Source of the DNA: Tubulanus polymorphus
Taxonomy: Eukaryota; Animalia; Nemertea
Length of the DNA: 64,000 bases
Direction of reading: 5' to 3'
Assembly: GCF_964204645.1 (NCBI RefSeq)
Contig: NC_134027.1
Span: 3,380,485-3,444,484 of the forward strand
A program made the translations under genes and the position numbers. Below the pieces are notes generated by a model. It made no database searches, was not told the DNA's origin, and saw only the letters and a program-made list of their open reading frames with translations. Every line of letters begins with the position of its first letter. Position 1 is the stretch's first letter. Positions 26,301-38,900 of this stretch are shown here, piece by piece.

Positions 26301-29300
26301 ACACCAGGGTTTATCTCCAATACTGTGACAAGTCCCCAGTCCTGCTCAATTAATCAATTAGCTCAATTCTCATATAATGCTATATAATAATGATGGAATA
26401 ACAATATCAGCATTCACTAGTTTGAGGGCGGACAGCATTAGGTAACATTATTTAGTAGGGAAGACTGAACTCACTCTACGCATGGACGTATAAACTAGAT
26501 CAAAACTAAATCTAGTTTATACGTCCATGCTCTACGTAATTGATAGCATTTTCAAAATTGTGTATAAACCTGTCTTGATAAGGAGATTGGTCATGAATGT
26601 TCACGTTGAAAATTACTTCTTATCATGCGACTATGTCTGGAAACGTTCAATTCTGAAAATGTCAATCTAAAATTGCTTTTAAAATACGAAATACATGCAA
26701 ACAAATATAGAAATAGATCACATCAGACAACAGTATTGCAAGGTATCATCAAACTGACGTTCTGAAAAAAGGAGATCACAGCCCTGGGCTACTTATCAAC
26801 GCGTTAAAGATGCCACATTCAGCAATAACGAAGGAATATTCGCAAACAAGAACACAGCACAAAACTAGGACTACATAACATGTGAATATTACCTTTACTG
26901 CACGTGGTGTGGTAGATACTTTAAGCCACTAAGAAAAATAAAAGTGAAAAACTATGAATAAGTGCAAGTTTTATACACATCCAAGGTGTGAGGATGGCCA
27001 GTCTTCGCATGGGGACATGGGAAGTTTTTATTTCCATCAATTCATACTGACTATATAACCAAATCAGGGACGGATCGAAGGGGTGCTTAAGCACCCCGGC
27101 CCCCCTTGCCAAGATAGCATTTTCACAACCTGGCCTTAGAATGTTACACATACAGTGGCTAATTATTGTCGGTCATTTCTAGAATCACTCTAGGTGCCTA
27201 GAAAATGATCAATTTTTTCAAAATTTTCTTGGGGCCTTTGCGTCTTCAGCGCTCACGTACAGGCTTCGGATTTTTTGGGCCCCTATTCAAAATTACTGGA
27301 TTCGCCCCTGCAAATGTAATTTTTTACTGGCAGTGAAATTGGGTTTCATAAGAAAACAACTATGTTGTGATGATTTTTATCGCATGTATAATCTCTTACC
27401 ACGTAAGCACTGTAGGGTGTTATTCAGTACAATTATTGTATTGAATGAACGTAACGCAAGACACACCTAGAAGTCTACGTAAAAACATAACAAACAGCTT
27501 ACAATGCATCAAATGACTTATTTTTTTATTCAGTCCCCAGGAGGAAGTCTTCTTACACAGCTTAATATACTATTTCGCATGTCAAACATAGCCATCATAC
27601 CATTACATCATTACCAGCAAATTCAATGAACACATTTTGGCAGTGACTTAGAGATGCTTTCGGTAGAATCAATAGACAAGATCTGCTAAAATCTGAGGAT
27701 AAGTGCTTCTTATTTGATCACCGTAAAGGAGGGGAAATCTGACAACCTAACAATGGACGAAATCCTATTACCTATTTCATCTTATAGCCTCAAAGGGTAT
27801 CATTATTCATTGCTTTAGTATCAGGACTAGCTTGTTCTTTAAAATATGCTAAAAATGGTAGTATCCATTTCGTTGGATGTATTTTGCAATTTTGTAGTTA
27901 GCCCAATTCTGGACAAAGTCCGCAGATTCTGGTATTTACTATAGCCTAGTCATCATTGCAAATATCTGCCATTGCTTAGTTACTGGATTTGTGTATGACT
28001 GGTGATAGAACTGGACTGTAAATGAAGTCAATCAACTATGCACAAATGAGATAACTCAGAATGTAGATACTATTACGATTCTGGTCGATATGTTGTGGTG
28101 CTCTACCCATCATTAGCATGAAAAAACCCAAAGAAACCAGAACCGATGAAAGCATGTCGATAGATCTTTTGCAAGATACAATCGGTATAAGACTTGCATT
28201 AAACCTCACAGGAATAACAATCAAAGAGTGATGTTCAGAGATCTTTGGCAGTCGAAATCAGCATGCATATCATCACTAAAAATAACCATCAGATTTTGCT
28301 TCCCCATAGCATCAAGAGAATGAAAATTATCGTAAAACTTGAAAAAATTCTTGCACATCAAAATGTCAACTATCGATGAGCTAGATCGATGGTTGTTGAA
28401 GTACTGGGTATATACACTGTTTGATACACTACAGGCAATTCCACAAGCTTATCCTACTGGAACTATGTAATGGACTTATCAAATTGTTGATATTGGTTGT
28501 TGCTGGGCATAAGCAGTGTGACAAGATGCCAACACCATATGATTTCAAGATCAAGAGATGGATTTTCAGAATATCAAAGCACCATTAGCAGTGCATATTA
28601 ACCTTTGAATGGTATATCATATAACTAGTATCATTTTTGACTGTATCTCAACATTCAAGATAGATATACCTATATATATCTAATGGAGCTATACGATTCT
28701 TGTTGTAGCTTTTTTGTGAAAATTGACAAACCAGTAGTAAACAATATCAATAAAGCAATTGAAGTGGTAAAGATATCAGGTAGCACAAATCCTCATAGGA
28801 CTGCTTCTACCAGTGATGACAAGCTATTGGGGGGGGGAGGGGGTAATCATTGAATCGCTGTGTCTAGTCACATATAAAAACAATACATAAACTAATATAC
28901 CTGTGCCAAGGATCTACTGAAATGAGATATTTATCAAATTTACAGCTATTAATAAATATCATAGACATCCCATCCATGATATTTATTAATCACGGTGCGA
29001 TGTTTCATCAGATGAATGGTCCAGAACATAGAAACAAAGATATATCAATGAATGATTGTTTATGTTCTCAATGGACATCAAAGATTGACAACTGCAGTCA
29101 ACCATCCGAGGCTAAGAGGATTTCTCATCTAATACGATTTTATACCTGTGAGAATTGAGAAATCTGTACGCAGCAAATTGTCTCTGTATAAAGTGCCTAG
29201 CAATCATCATACTGGATTAGGTGAGAATTTTGTTACATTGGAAATGATAATGACTTAACTGAATAAGAAAGTCAGAATCCGAAATTTTAATCAATTAAAC

Positions 29301-29529
29301 TCCTATTCTATCTTACGTTCACATTCCAAGACCATTTTCACCAAATCAAATCAAATTAAATCTACCTATCTAATGAATAAAAGGAACGATCCCTGTTTGT
29401 GAAATATACCAAAATGTCAAAAATGTGTACCAGATTCAGAATTTTAGCTAAACTTTTTTTTACCTTTTTAAATTTCCAACAGCAGCCAGTTTGGCTTGAC
29501 CCACCTTCAGTTATATCCTTTTGGTTCAT
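14368..29529 (-). CDS. CLCN7: H+/Cl- exchange transporter, ClC-7 type (about 22 exons; first exon 29464-29529 is tentative)
   Basis: CLC signatures KFESLDYE, GSGIPE (about 21790), GKEGPMIH (gating Glu, 21660/20705), [12 protein letters not shown] (proton Glu, about 18090), GIFIP and GIYD. Two CBS domains (HNGFPVV; LFRGLGLRH; GMVTRKDL). Stop TGA at 14368-14370. The putative first exon [10 protein letters not shown]...FKK joins exon 25683-25847 in phase 0. Confidence 0.88.
22519..24598 (-). other. U12-type (minor spliceosome) GT-AG intron in the ClC-7 gene
   Basis: 5' site GTATCCTTT at 24598-24590. Branch site TCCTTAAT at 22538-22531, about 10 nt before the AG, with no pyrimidine tract. Splicing keeps the frame (...LQF-L-IEHGMK...). 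Confidence 0.9.
26481..26529. mobile_element. 49-bp minimal TIR element with a 7-bp TSD (P-superfamily-like)
   Basis: ctctacg|CATGGACGTATAAACTAGAT...ATCTAGTTTATACGTCCATG|ctctacg: 20-bp perfect TIRs and a perfect 7-bp direct duplication. Confidence 0.8.
27065..27310. mobile_element. MITE with CAGGGGCGGATCC-type ends
   Basis: cagggacggatcgaag ... ctggattcgcccctg, flanked by caaat on both sides. Related copies at 32293-32477 and 53965-54209, and a right end near 37590-37607. Confidence 0.7.
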
Positions 29530-32292
29530 TATTGTTAATCCAAAAACTAATTCGTGACAATGCTACATTGTCCTTTCTCGATTATATAAAAATCACTCGT
29601 CTTTAGATGTATTCTATCGAATAATTTGTTTTCTGGAATATAGTGAAATGACTACTTAATTATTCCAGCCTTCAATGGAGGAGTTAATTTTGTTTATCTC
29701 TTGAATTCCTATCAAGTACTTGTATAAATGCCTTGAGAGACACACTGACTAAGGGAGAAGAATGTTCCCTGAAGACTTCAGCAACCATTAGAAACTACTT
29801 GAACACGAAACTAATCAAACAGTTTTATGAGTTTATATATCTCCCAGTGATTACACCTTCACTATGATTCTCCAGTCATTAACAGTTCATTACACGATGA
29901 ATACATCATATCCTTGCGTAAGAGATCGTTAAATTTTCACGCAGATATAAGAACAACTGTCACAAATGTAACTCCCAATAGGAGCTAAAAAAGCAATTCT
30001 TTGAAATATCTCAAGAATAGTTAACAGTTACGTTTGATTGGAAATCCAACCTAACTTTCAGTATTCAGCCCAGAAAACTGTTTGATGAAATGTCTTGAAA
30101 CAAGTGCAATCAGAATGTATCTTCACTGACTGACTGCACTAAGTTGTCTGGATGCAATTCGTGCAAAATACAGCTAAAGAATCATTTGGGTTGGAAAAAC
30201 AATGAGTAGTAGTCATCCTGCTTGCTCAACAAATCACGTGAATAAAATCCAATCAGTAAATGGTATCATGTACGTGAACACCTCTTAGAATAAGCGGTTT
30301 ATTTACTCTAAGATCCGACGTTCAAACAAACTTCCACCTCCAAGCACATCCTTCTGATAACTGATCAAAAACAACGATGTATCTGGGAATTTTATGATCA
30401 AAATCAGATCAATCATTGTTATAAGACTGTTATAACATCCTATCTTACCAGTATCATCGAGATAAAATATATCTTTTAATGACAGCTTCACTCAATGTCG
30501 GGACATCATTTATAAGACCGGTAAACCGTCTTAAATTACAATCACTGCAAAATATATTAGCGCCATGTTACATATTTTATTCATTCGCATCGAGTCATGG
30601 GCTGAAATTTTCGTGATCTTACATTTCCAAGATTAATTTATTTTGCATAATTCCCATAGGAGCTCTCCCACGCACACCACTATCTCTTTATTCCAGTAAA
30701 ATGTGTATGCTAAATGCGCTGCAAAATTTACAGCAACAAAGACAGTAGATAAATACTTCATTTGTCGGTTTTTAGGATATTCAAATCTGGTTCCCCTATC
30801 TTGAAATTCCCATAATATAATGATTTTTGCTGAAACACATCTATCACGTCATTCTATACCATAAATAACATTAATCTGATTAACAGGAAATAATGGATAT
30901 TTACTCAAGAGACAATTATACAACTATTCCCTGTATTATGTTGATGAAGAAAAATCTGAAATCCTCTTGTTTTTAGTGAGCTTATTGGGTCTCTTCATAG
31001 ATTATCTAAATGTCACATACTAATTAAAGAGAAAATGTTGTTTATTCGAGAAACTTGAAAATTTTGTTTATACAAGAAACCTTGATTTATCGGATTAATC
31101 ATTCAGCCTTCTCCAAGGATCCATGTAGGCCTACAACTTCTTCATCTTGGATACAGAATTTATAATTGGAATTAGCGAATTTTGCCAGAATCGTAAAATT
31201 AATGTTTTATTACACCAGTGACTAGTAAAGGAGCATCCTGACCAATACAGATCGACACTCGGTGATAATCACTGATGCAGGCAATGAAATTTATGTCAGG
31301 AGTGGAAAAAGATCAATCTATAAAAAAAACTAATTATCAGGCAAACACATGCGAGTGATCGAAGCCTTACAACAAAACACGAATCTATTTGCAACTGCTA
31401 CACACCAACCACTCAAGAGGTATTAACCTATGTATCTAGCTAGACTAACGAAGAATAACCATCTAGAGAACCCGTACACAATGTATACGTACATGGAAAG
31501 TGATTGATAAACTAATTAAATAAAAACGTCGCTCCATTGCATCAAGTCAAACATTAATCACTTCTACTTACCCTAACCTTATGACCCGAACTCTCCCCCA
31601 AACCCGTAACTCCATTATTTTGTGCATCCTTCCTATCCATTTCAGATGTTTTTATTCGGCCAGCATCCGTTTGGCCGCCGACTCGGATGATCTAGGAAAC
31701 CTTTATAATAACTAAACAGGGTAAAACCCATTGCAGCATCTGCCATCTATCCACATCTTCCAACAGCACAATCGATCCACGCCAACATATCCAAAAACAG
31801 AACAAAACCCGAGATGTTCCATACACAAATATTTATTTGCAATTTACTACATAATGCAATATATTTACAATCATCAGAGCCCTGTATTCCTGTTTACAGA
31901 GGCAACATCTTGTCCAAGTATTTTATTTTCACGAAAAATAAAATAACAGTAAATTTTCGGCTCAAAACTTCATTCTTTTTAATTCAGAATAAGTGGACAT
32001 ATTGCATACATATTAACTGGTGAAATAACCATGTCGTGAAATTTCTAGTTGTGAGAAGTTAAATACAAACAGCAATTAATCAACAGTCCCTGATTTTTAG
32101 AATTAATTTAAAAAATCAATCAATAACTGAATTCATTAACTAAATATTCAACAAATTTTCAAGAATACAAGAAATTAATATGAAAAACAAAATTAACAGA
32201 AAATCAAGGTTGGTGTATAAAGATTTAAGCACAAATCAATAATAACAACATTTGATAAAATCTGATTTAATAGGTGTGTGAATCAGATATTT

Positions 32293-32477
32293 CAGGTGCA
32301 GATCCAGAGTGTCTTATCAGGCCCCTAAAATGCATTCCAAGTTTTCATTCTCTTAATTAGTGACACTATTTCTTAAAATCCCCCTCAAAATAGTGTCAAC
32401 GTTAGTTGAGCAATTATAAAAAAGTTTTTAACAACGCGAACAAATCCCTTCAAAATCTGCCTCTGGATCTGCCCTTG
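32293..32477. mobile_element. MITE, same family as 27065-27310
   Basis: caggtgcagatccagag ... ctctggatctgcccttg inverted ends. Confidence 0.65.
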
Positions 32478-34583
32478 CTGCTCATGATATCATTTATCAA
32501 TAAGGATAGGTTATCTACTAGCACACTGAATTGATTCAAGCGATAGACTGTACAACTCCACCGCACTTACAACTAAAATATACGTGACAATAGCCTAGTA
32601 TTTATCAAACACTCTTAGAATGTAATAATGAGCTAGTTACACACACACTGAAATCACGTTACAATTTACTCATCTAACAGGATGAAAGACTTAATTCTAG
32701 ATTTTGAAAACTTCCGATCTCAATATACTCCGTAAATACTCTGAACAGTCTTAACTGTTTGATAGGATTTGTATACTTATTTGATATGAAACTGATAAAG
32801 CATTTCTTTAAACTGCAGAACACTCGACTTTTCTCACTAACTACTCAAAAACCGCAAATCTACAGCTCAAAACCAGGATAATATATTTATTGATGTATGG
32901 GTGGATGAGAACTACTACTAAGTCTTACTTTAAGTCGTACTCTTTTAGCATTGATACTAATAAGACTGTTGTTGGTGAGATAATATAATATCCTGTTCAC
33001 AATATATCCACATGTTACATTGTTAATAGGCATTTGCATTGATGATATTTTGTAACCCAAATGGTCACTGAGAATCTTCATAGGAGCATCTCTCCAGAGT
33101 TGCTATAACCATCTCATATCAATTCACCTAATCATAGACTACATATATGTCTATGATGTAATGAAATACAGTTCAACAAAAGCAGCTCATGAAAGATGCC
33201 TAAATGCATTGATGATGCAGAAAAAACCATATACACATTCATTGTATTGTTCAAGCAATCACAATGTTGATTATTCCAAAATGTTGGAATCTACAGTAAT
33301 AATTCACCAATCAAAGACATTTCTAGTCATGTAAGCAATAGCAAGTCACAATATACACACAATTATTTCTCAGTCATTGCATTCGCATGATTATTTACAA
33401 AGATCATGAAGCAATAGATTCACTTTATAATGAACTGACAACAAAATCTACATGAAACAAGCACCTGAACCATCCTATAGCAGCGAATATGTGTCAAAAA
33501 ACATCAGAAAATGAGCTGCCGATATAAAAATACCATTATCCAAGGGAAGATCTATACCTGTCTTGAGAATGCGACGGTCTCTTCTAGGATAAGAGACTAT
33601 TAAAGCTGGCCTTCAGTTTACGTGTTTAAATACATATCTATACAAATAGAACAAAGACAAAATTCATTTACGACGTTTAAATAAAAACTTTTAGTTACTC
33701 CATAGAACATTCTCGTTTAAATAACACTTTTTAACATTTTTTTTCTTTGATTTAAATCATAGTAATTCAGATTCTGAATATTTCTTCGAACTGTTCTTGT
33801 TTCAGACATAACAATCTCAGATTATTTACTGCATATTTGTACATAGATGATAGAAAAAAGAAGCAATATAATATCTAGAATGTTCCGGGCATGGAAATAA
33901 CGGAATTCAAGTTATCCCTATATTTATATGTACAAGAGCACATTAATGGTTGCCAAACAGAAGGCATTAAGGTGAATAAAAAGAATAAAAGATGTCAATT
34001 GCATTGGATTGTGCGTAGAAAATATTCAGTTTTAGTTTAACAGATTTAAGAGATTTGTCATTGTATAAATTCAGCTTCAAGATAAAAATATAAACGTTGA
34101 TTAATAATGATACGAATCAATTTGCATAAAACTTGAACTTTTCTTCTGCAGATCATAATAAAATCTCAGCTCAAAAATTGAAGACAGAAAACAACATTTT
34201 GGGCAGAAATCTTCACTAATATCCAAATGCATATATAAAATGTGACATTTTGTACTTATCAAACAGACCAATAATCGCTGAAAGCTATTAAGATAGTCAT
34301 GGTTATTATGATAAATTTAAAAAGCACTTTTTCATCGGATGTATCAAAGAACAATTTCATAAATTTGTTTTTCAATCATGGTACAGACAGCTGTATTTAA
34401 CAGCGGTAAATACCACTTTCTCCATAATTATGTACGGCAAAATGATAACAGCATTCGCTATCCTGTAGTGTTTATCAACACAGTTACAGTTAATCAGTTT
34501 TATGTACAAACATACACACCAACTCAATATCTACCGGTACCTATTCAGTAGGTAAAGTTTAATTTTAAGTAGTCTTTTACACG

Positions 34584-34617
34584 ATGGACGTATAATAAGA
34601 CTTTATCATACGTCCAT
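34584..34617. mobile_element. Degenerate second copy of the CATGGACGTAT mini-element
   Basis: atggacgtat ... atacgtccat inverted repeat, identical to the ends at 26481-26529. Confidence 0.6.
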
Positions 34618-34893
34618 AATCAGACATATCTTCGTTTTGAATGAATTTATTTCTCTACATGAATAACATGTATCACTTTCAATAAGTTCCATTATTAGGA
34701 TAACACAAAAATCATGTGTACACAGGATGAAACATTGCATTTTGCATGCCTAAGTTGTGGAAAGACATGCGAGAAAGCAATATTTTGAAAACCAGTCCAT
34801 GCACTGAACAGACTGAAACTATCATATTTTGTGTAGACATTAGCCATGAATACTGCAAATTGATGAAAAATTCTAATACTGCCAGTAAAAACA

Positions 34894-34945
34894 AAGCTAG
34901 CTAGTACCAACTTAGAACCAAAGCTAGCTAGTCCCAACTAAGAAT
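34894..34945. repeat. About 27-bp imperfect tandem duplication
   Basis: aaagctagctagtaccaacttagaa / aaagctagctagtcccaactaagaa. Confidence 0.7.
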
Positions 34946-35943
34946 GATTTTGAGCAATTTAAAATGATAGATACATATACTGCCCTTAGTATTAGCTTAG
35001 CCTACATCTTAAATAGGAAGATCCATAAACACAGTTTCTAGTAACGGAGAAACAAAGTTTCAAGCACCAGTTTCGTCTTATAATCAAATGATATGTAAAA
35101 AGGTTGATCCTTTACCATGTTCAAACACCTGCTCTGTTATATGCACATGCCGATTAGTTATAATTCTGGCATGAGCAACAAAATCTTAAGTCCAACTATA
35201 AGTATAATATGGACCTAAGAATTGGCTCTACAGACATTTCATATATTTGTACCAGTACCTGCTATTACCTGGTTTATGGCTACTTCTTAGCTAAAGCTTA
35301 TCTCTTTTTTTTTTTATAAAGCATTGATTATCATGATTATATCATCATTCCATTAGCAATTATACAATACCATTAAGCAAATTGTAGTCTAACGTTTATG
35401 TCATATGATCATGTTAAGCATGATGGTCAAAATGATAATTTGGAATGAATTTCATCTCTGCACATTATGACCATCATGAGATTCATATCTTACTGCCACA
35501 AACTCGCAACCACTTAGAAATCAACTCTGGAATATACTTTTCTGAAAATATCTGAGGTTCAAAAATCAGACAGAAAAGTATAATTCGATATATTTAGTCT
35601 AACTCTATCATATTAAGACCTGAATGTACCCGTTTTCTCAGAAAACTTTGTCTAAAGAGTGTTCGATGTATATATATTTACAACTTTTCGATTGGTGTTA
35701 ATGAATTTTAAAAAAAATTCTCAAATAGAACAAACCATCTACATTGATGGATACTACATCAAATCATACAATTATTTACAACTTTGGATATATCATTATT
35801 TCAGATGAATATATTGAATCACATCACAATTTTCACTCAGTATCTTGGACTGATTTGATTGAACGAAATATCGACTCAAAGTCTTAATTAACCAATCAGA
35901 GACTCGATCAACTCACAAGGTTCGAACAAATTTAACAGCTCTT

Positions 35944-38900
35944 TCATGCATTGGTTTCAGTACTCGTTAAAAATGTAATCTGTCTTCGATTATTGACGTA
36001 AGGTCCCATCGTATCCAACGCCTCCTCGGAGTTATTCCCAGAATCTCTATCATCAGGAAGCATGGCAGTGGTTGATTGTGTTGTGCCACCCGTTGCGATG
36101 TTAGCAGCCTTCGCCGCGTCGTAACTCATTATACCGACCTTCTTTAGAATAGCCACCACTGGTATACACAGCGATGAGGATAATACCAGAAAAGCTATCA
36201 CAATAGCAACCCACCAAGGATACTTTGTATCGGTTAAAATTGCCTGAAATTACAACACAAATTGGCGGTTTATAACATCTGACAATTTCGAGATATATAG
36301 ATTCCATATATATGCACGAGCCATAGACGCGACAGCGCTTCGCGGGCTCAGGTTCGAACTCCCAGATTACTGTGCATAATTTCCCATTGCATTTTGGATA
36401 TCTTGTATCTAGGGCCAAGCTCAATTTTTGAATTTCCACCCCATTTCTCAGTTGAGGTCAACTTCAAGGTCGTGTGACGAAAGTTTTTAGTGCCTAGTTC
36501 TGCCACTAGGCGATTCTTTGCACTGCATAACTACTGACTCCCATACTACCATGGCACCCAACTTTCATCAAGATTGACACTATTCTTATTAATTAAGAAA
36601 CAAAGCATTCCACGTTATTTGCTCTGAATCGACTCAAATTGACAATTGCTTATTAATTGCTTATTAATATTTCATACCGTTATACATGTATGTCATCAAT
36701 ACTGAATGGAAGGTTTCTGTCAACTAGTGAAAATATTGGAAGTAACCAAATGGCTTATGTCATAAAATTGGATAGATTAATACTGCATACTTCGAAAGCA
36801 ATTTATATTAGCAAACACCTGCAATGCATATTGATCGATATCATATGCATATCAACTATGGTATATTCACGATGAAAACTTCACGCACAATGATCACATC
36901 TCAGATATTAATGTATGTTATCATTATTTCCTAGAATTCTACTTACTGTTTCTTTATCGTATACTTTATATGTAACTGGTATGACAATTTTACTGATCAC
37001 AGATGCGATTAGAACTAAAAACATCACGATTGGCCCGACATATTTCCACATTATGACCCAATATAGACCAGGTTTATCACCAGTGATAAATCGTATATCT
37101 TCATTAAATCTGAAATGAAAAAAGGACAAAATCTTTATAGAATATTAATTGTTACTCAATCGATTCAATTCACGCAAAGGACCTAGGGGTCCAATTTTGA
37201 TTACCTCACAGAAAAAGGGCACTTTTCAAAAAGGCAAATAATGGAATCAACCCCAATTGACTATATTATATATGCCATTTTTATGATGTTATTTTTTTGT
37301 AAGGAACCAGACTCCAGCATACTAGATGTACCCCCAGGAAATAGAGATCAAATGGCGACCAGGAAATAGAGATCAAATGGCGACCACAGGTTTCAGTGTT
37401 AAACGTTATGTCAGAACATTTTCATGTCTATCTGTTTTAACTAAGGCACACCCTCAACCCCGACCCAAAAACACATCAGATTTAGTGGACTTGGAAATTT
37501 ACTCAGGGTATTTTGCTTCCAAAAGTTTACAAATTCATTTTTGAATTTGTATTGCCTTTTTCAGATTTTTTGAGTGCCTGACGTGAGGCACCCTGGATCC
37601 ACCCCTGGTTTTGGTCCCAAGTAAAAAATTGTATCGACAATTTATTGGTGTGAATTATGATTGTTATCCTCTCGGAAACAATACATAGAATGTATGATAA
37701 ATGTATAAACCTGCCAGCTGTGCAGCATATATACTTTGTATGTATACAATCAACATATGGCTCTATCATCATGTAATGACAGATTTAACACCCACACCGC
37801 AAAAATGCCATCAACATCAATGGGATTCATCGGACTATCAGTGAGCTTACTCTTAAGTTTTGTTTCAATGTGTACATATTACCTTTTCATTCCATAAATC
37901 CAAGACACTCCAACGACTTCGAAGAATGCAATCACCATCAGTGGGAACGTGCCACCGAAAGAATCAAATACTTTTACCCAATATTGACCGGCTCCGGTCG
38001 TGAAGATAATCCCGATTACAAGCGATGAAGAGCAAACAACAGCTGAAAACAGATTACAGAAAAATTCTCTGTTTACATACAAGATGCATTGGGAATTTAC
38101 TCAACAATGACTGGTTCTGAATATTTTTTACATAAACATGCATTTACAAAGGACTGTTGGCCCGAGATAAGCTCAACAATTACCTTCAGGAGAATAATCA
38201 GTGAAGCATTCTAATTTATACCTGAAACTGCCCACTTCTTACGACACCAAGGCCACGGTTCCAGATCTACAATTGACGTGACAACGCTCTCTACTGTTCC
38301 AAACTGACTTCCCAGTCCCAGCATGAGCAACATTGTGAAGAACAGAATTGACCAGAATGGCGCGCCCGGAAACTCGATTATAGCTTGGGTGAAGATAATA
38401 AATGCTAAGCCTGTACCCTCAGCTGCCTGTAATACAATAGTAATACAATGAAACAAACATGAACCACATGAATAAAATAGTAACATAACATCTGAAATGG
38501 GACGATATCTGACAAAGAAAGTTTTGGCTTCAGCGCAATAAAGAGAATCTCTTATGAACTTACCGAATCAAGTTCTTTAGTTAGGTCGCAATCTTTTAGA
38601 CCTAATTTGTCGACGCTCGCATTGACAAATAAACTGATATTTGGTTCTATCAGTGTTTTGTAAACATTTGGAGTTAATGTGGTTTCATTCCATTGATCGT
38701 GAACATGAGGGAGGATCTTTTCTATATTGCTGTAATAGAAATGAGAAGAATAAAGCAAAATTGCATTGTGAACAATTTCTAGAGCCATAGGGTCCATACA
38801 GATTGATCAGTCCTGGATATAAGGAGTTTTAAAGTAGAAAATTACAAATTTCGAGGAAGTGCCAGCATCACTTTCATCTCCCAACTTCTCCTGAATTGGT

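Noticed and set aside
29995-30055. LRLIGNP, a leucine-rich-repeat-like word on the + strand
   Set aside because: It is a single motif flanked by stops, not enough to call an LRR gene.
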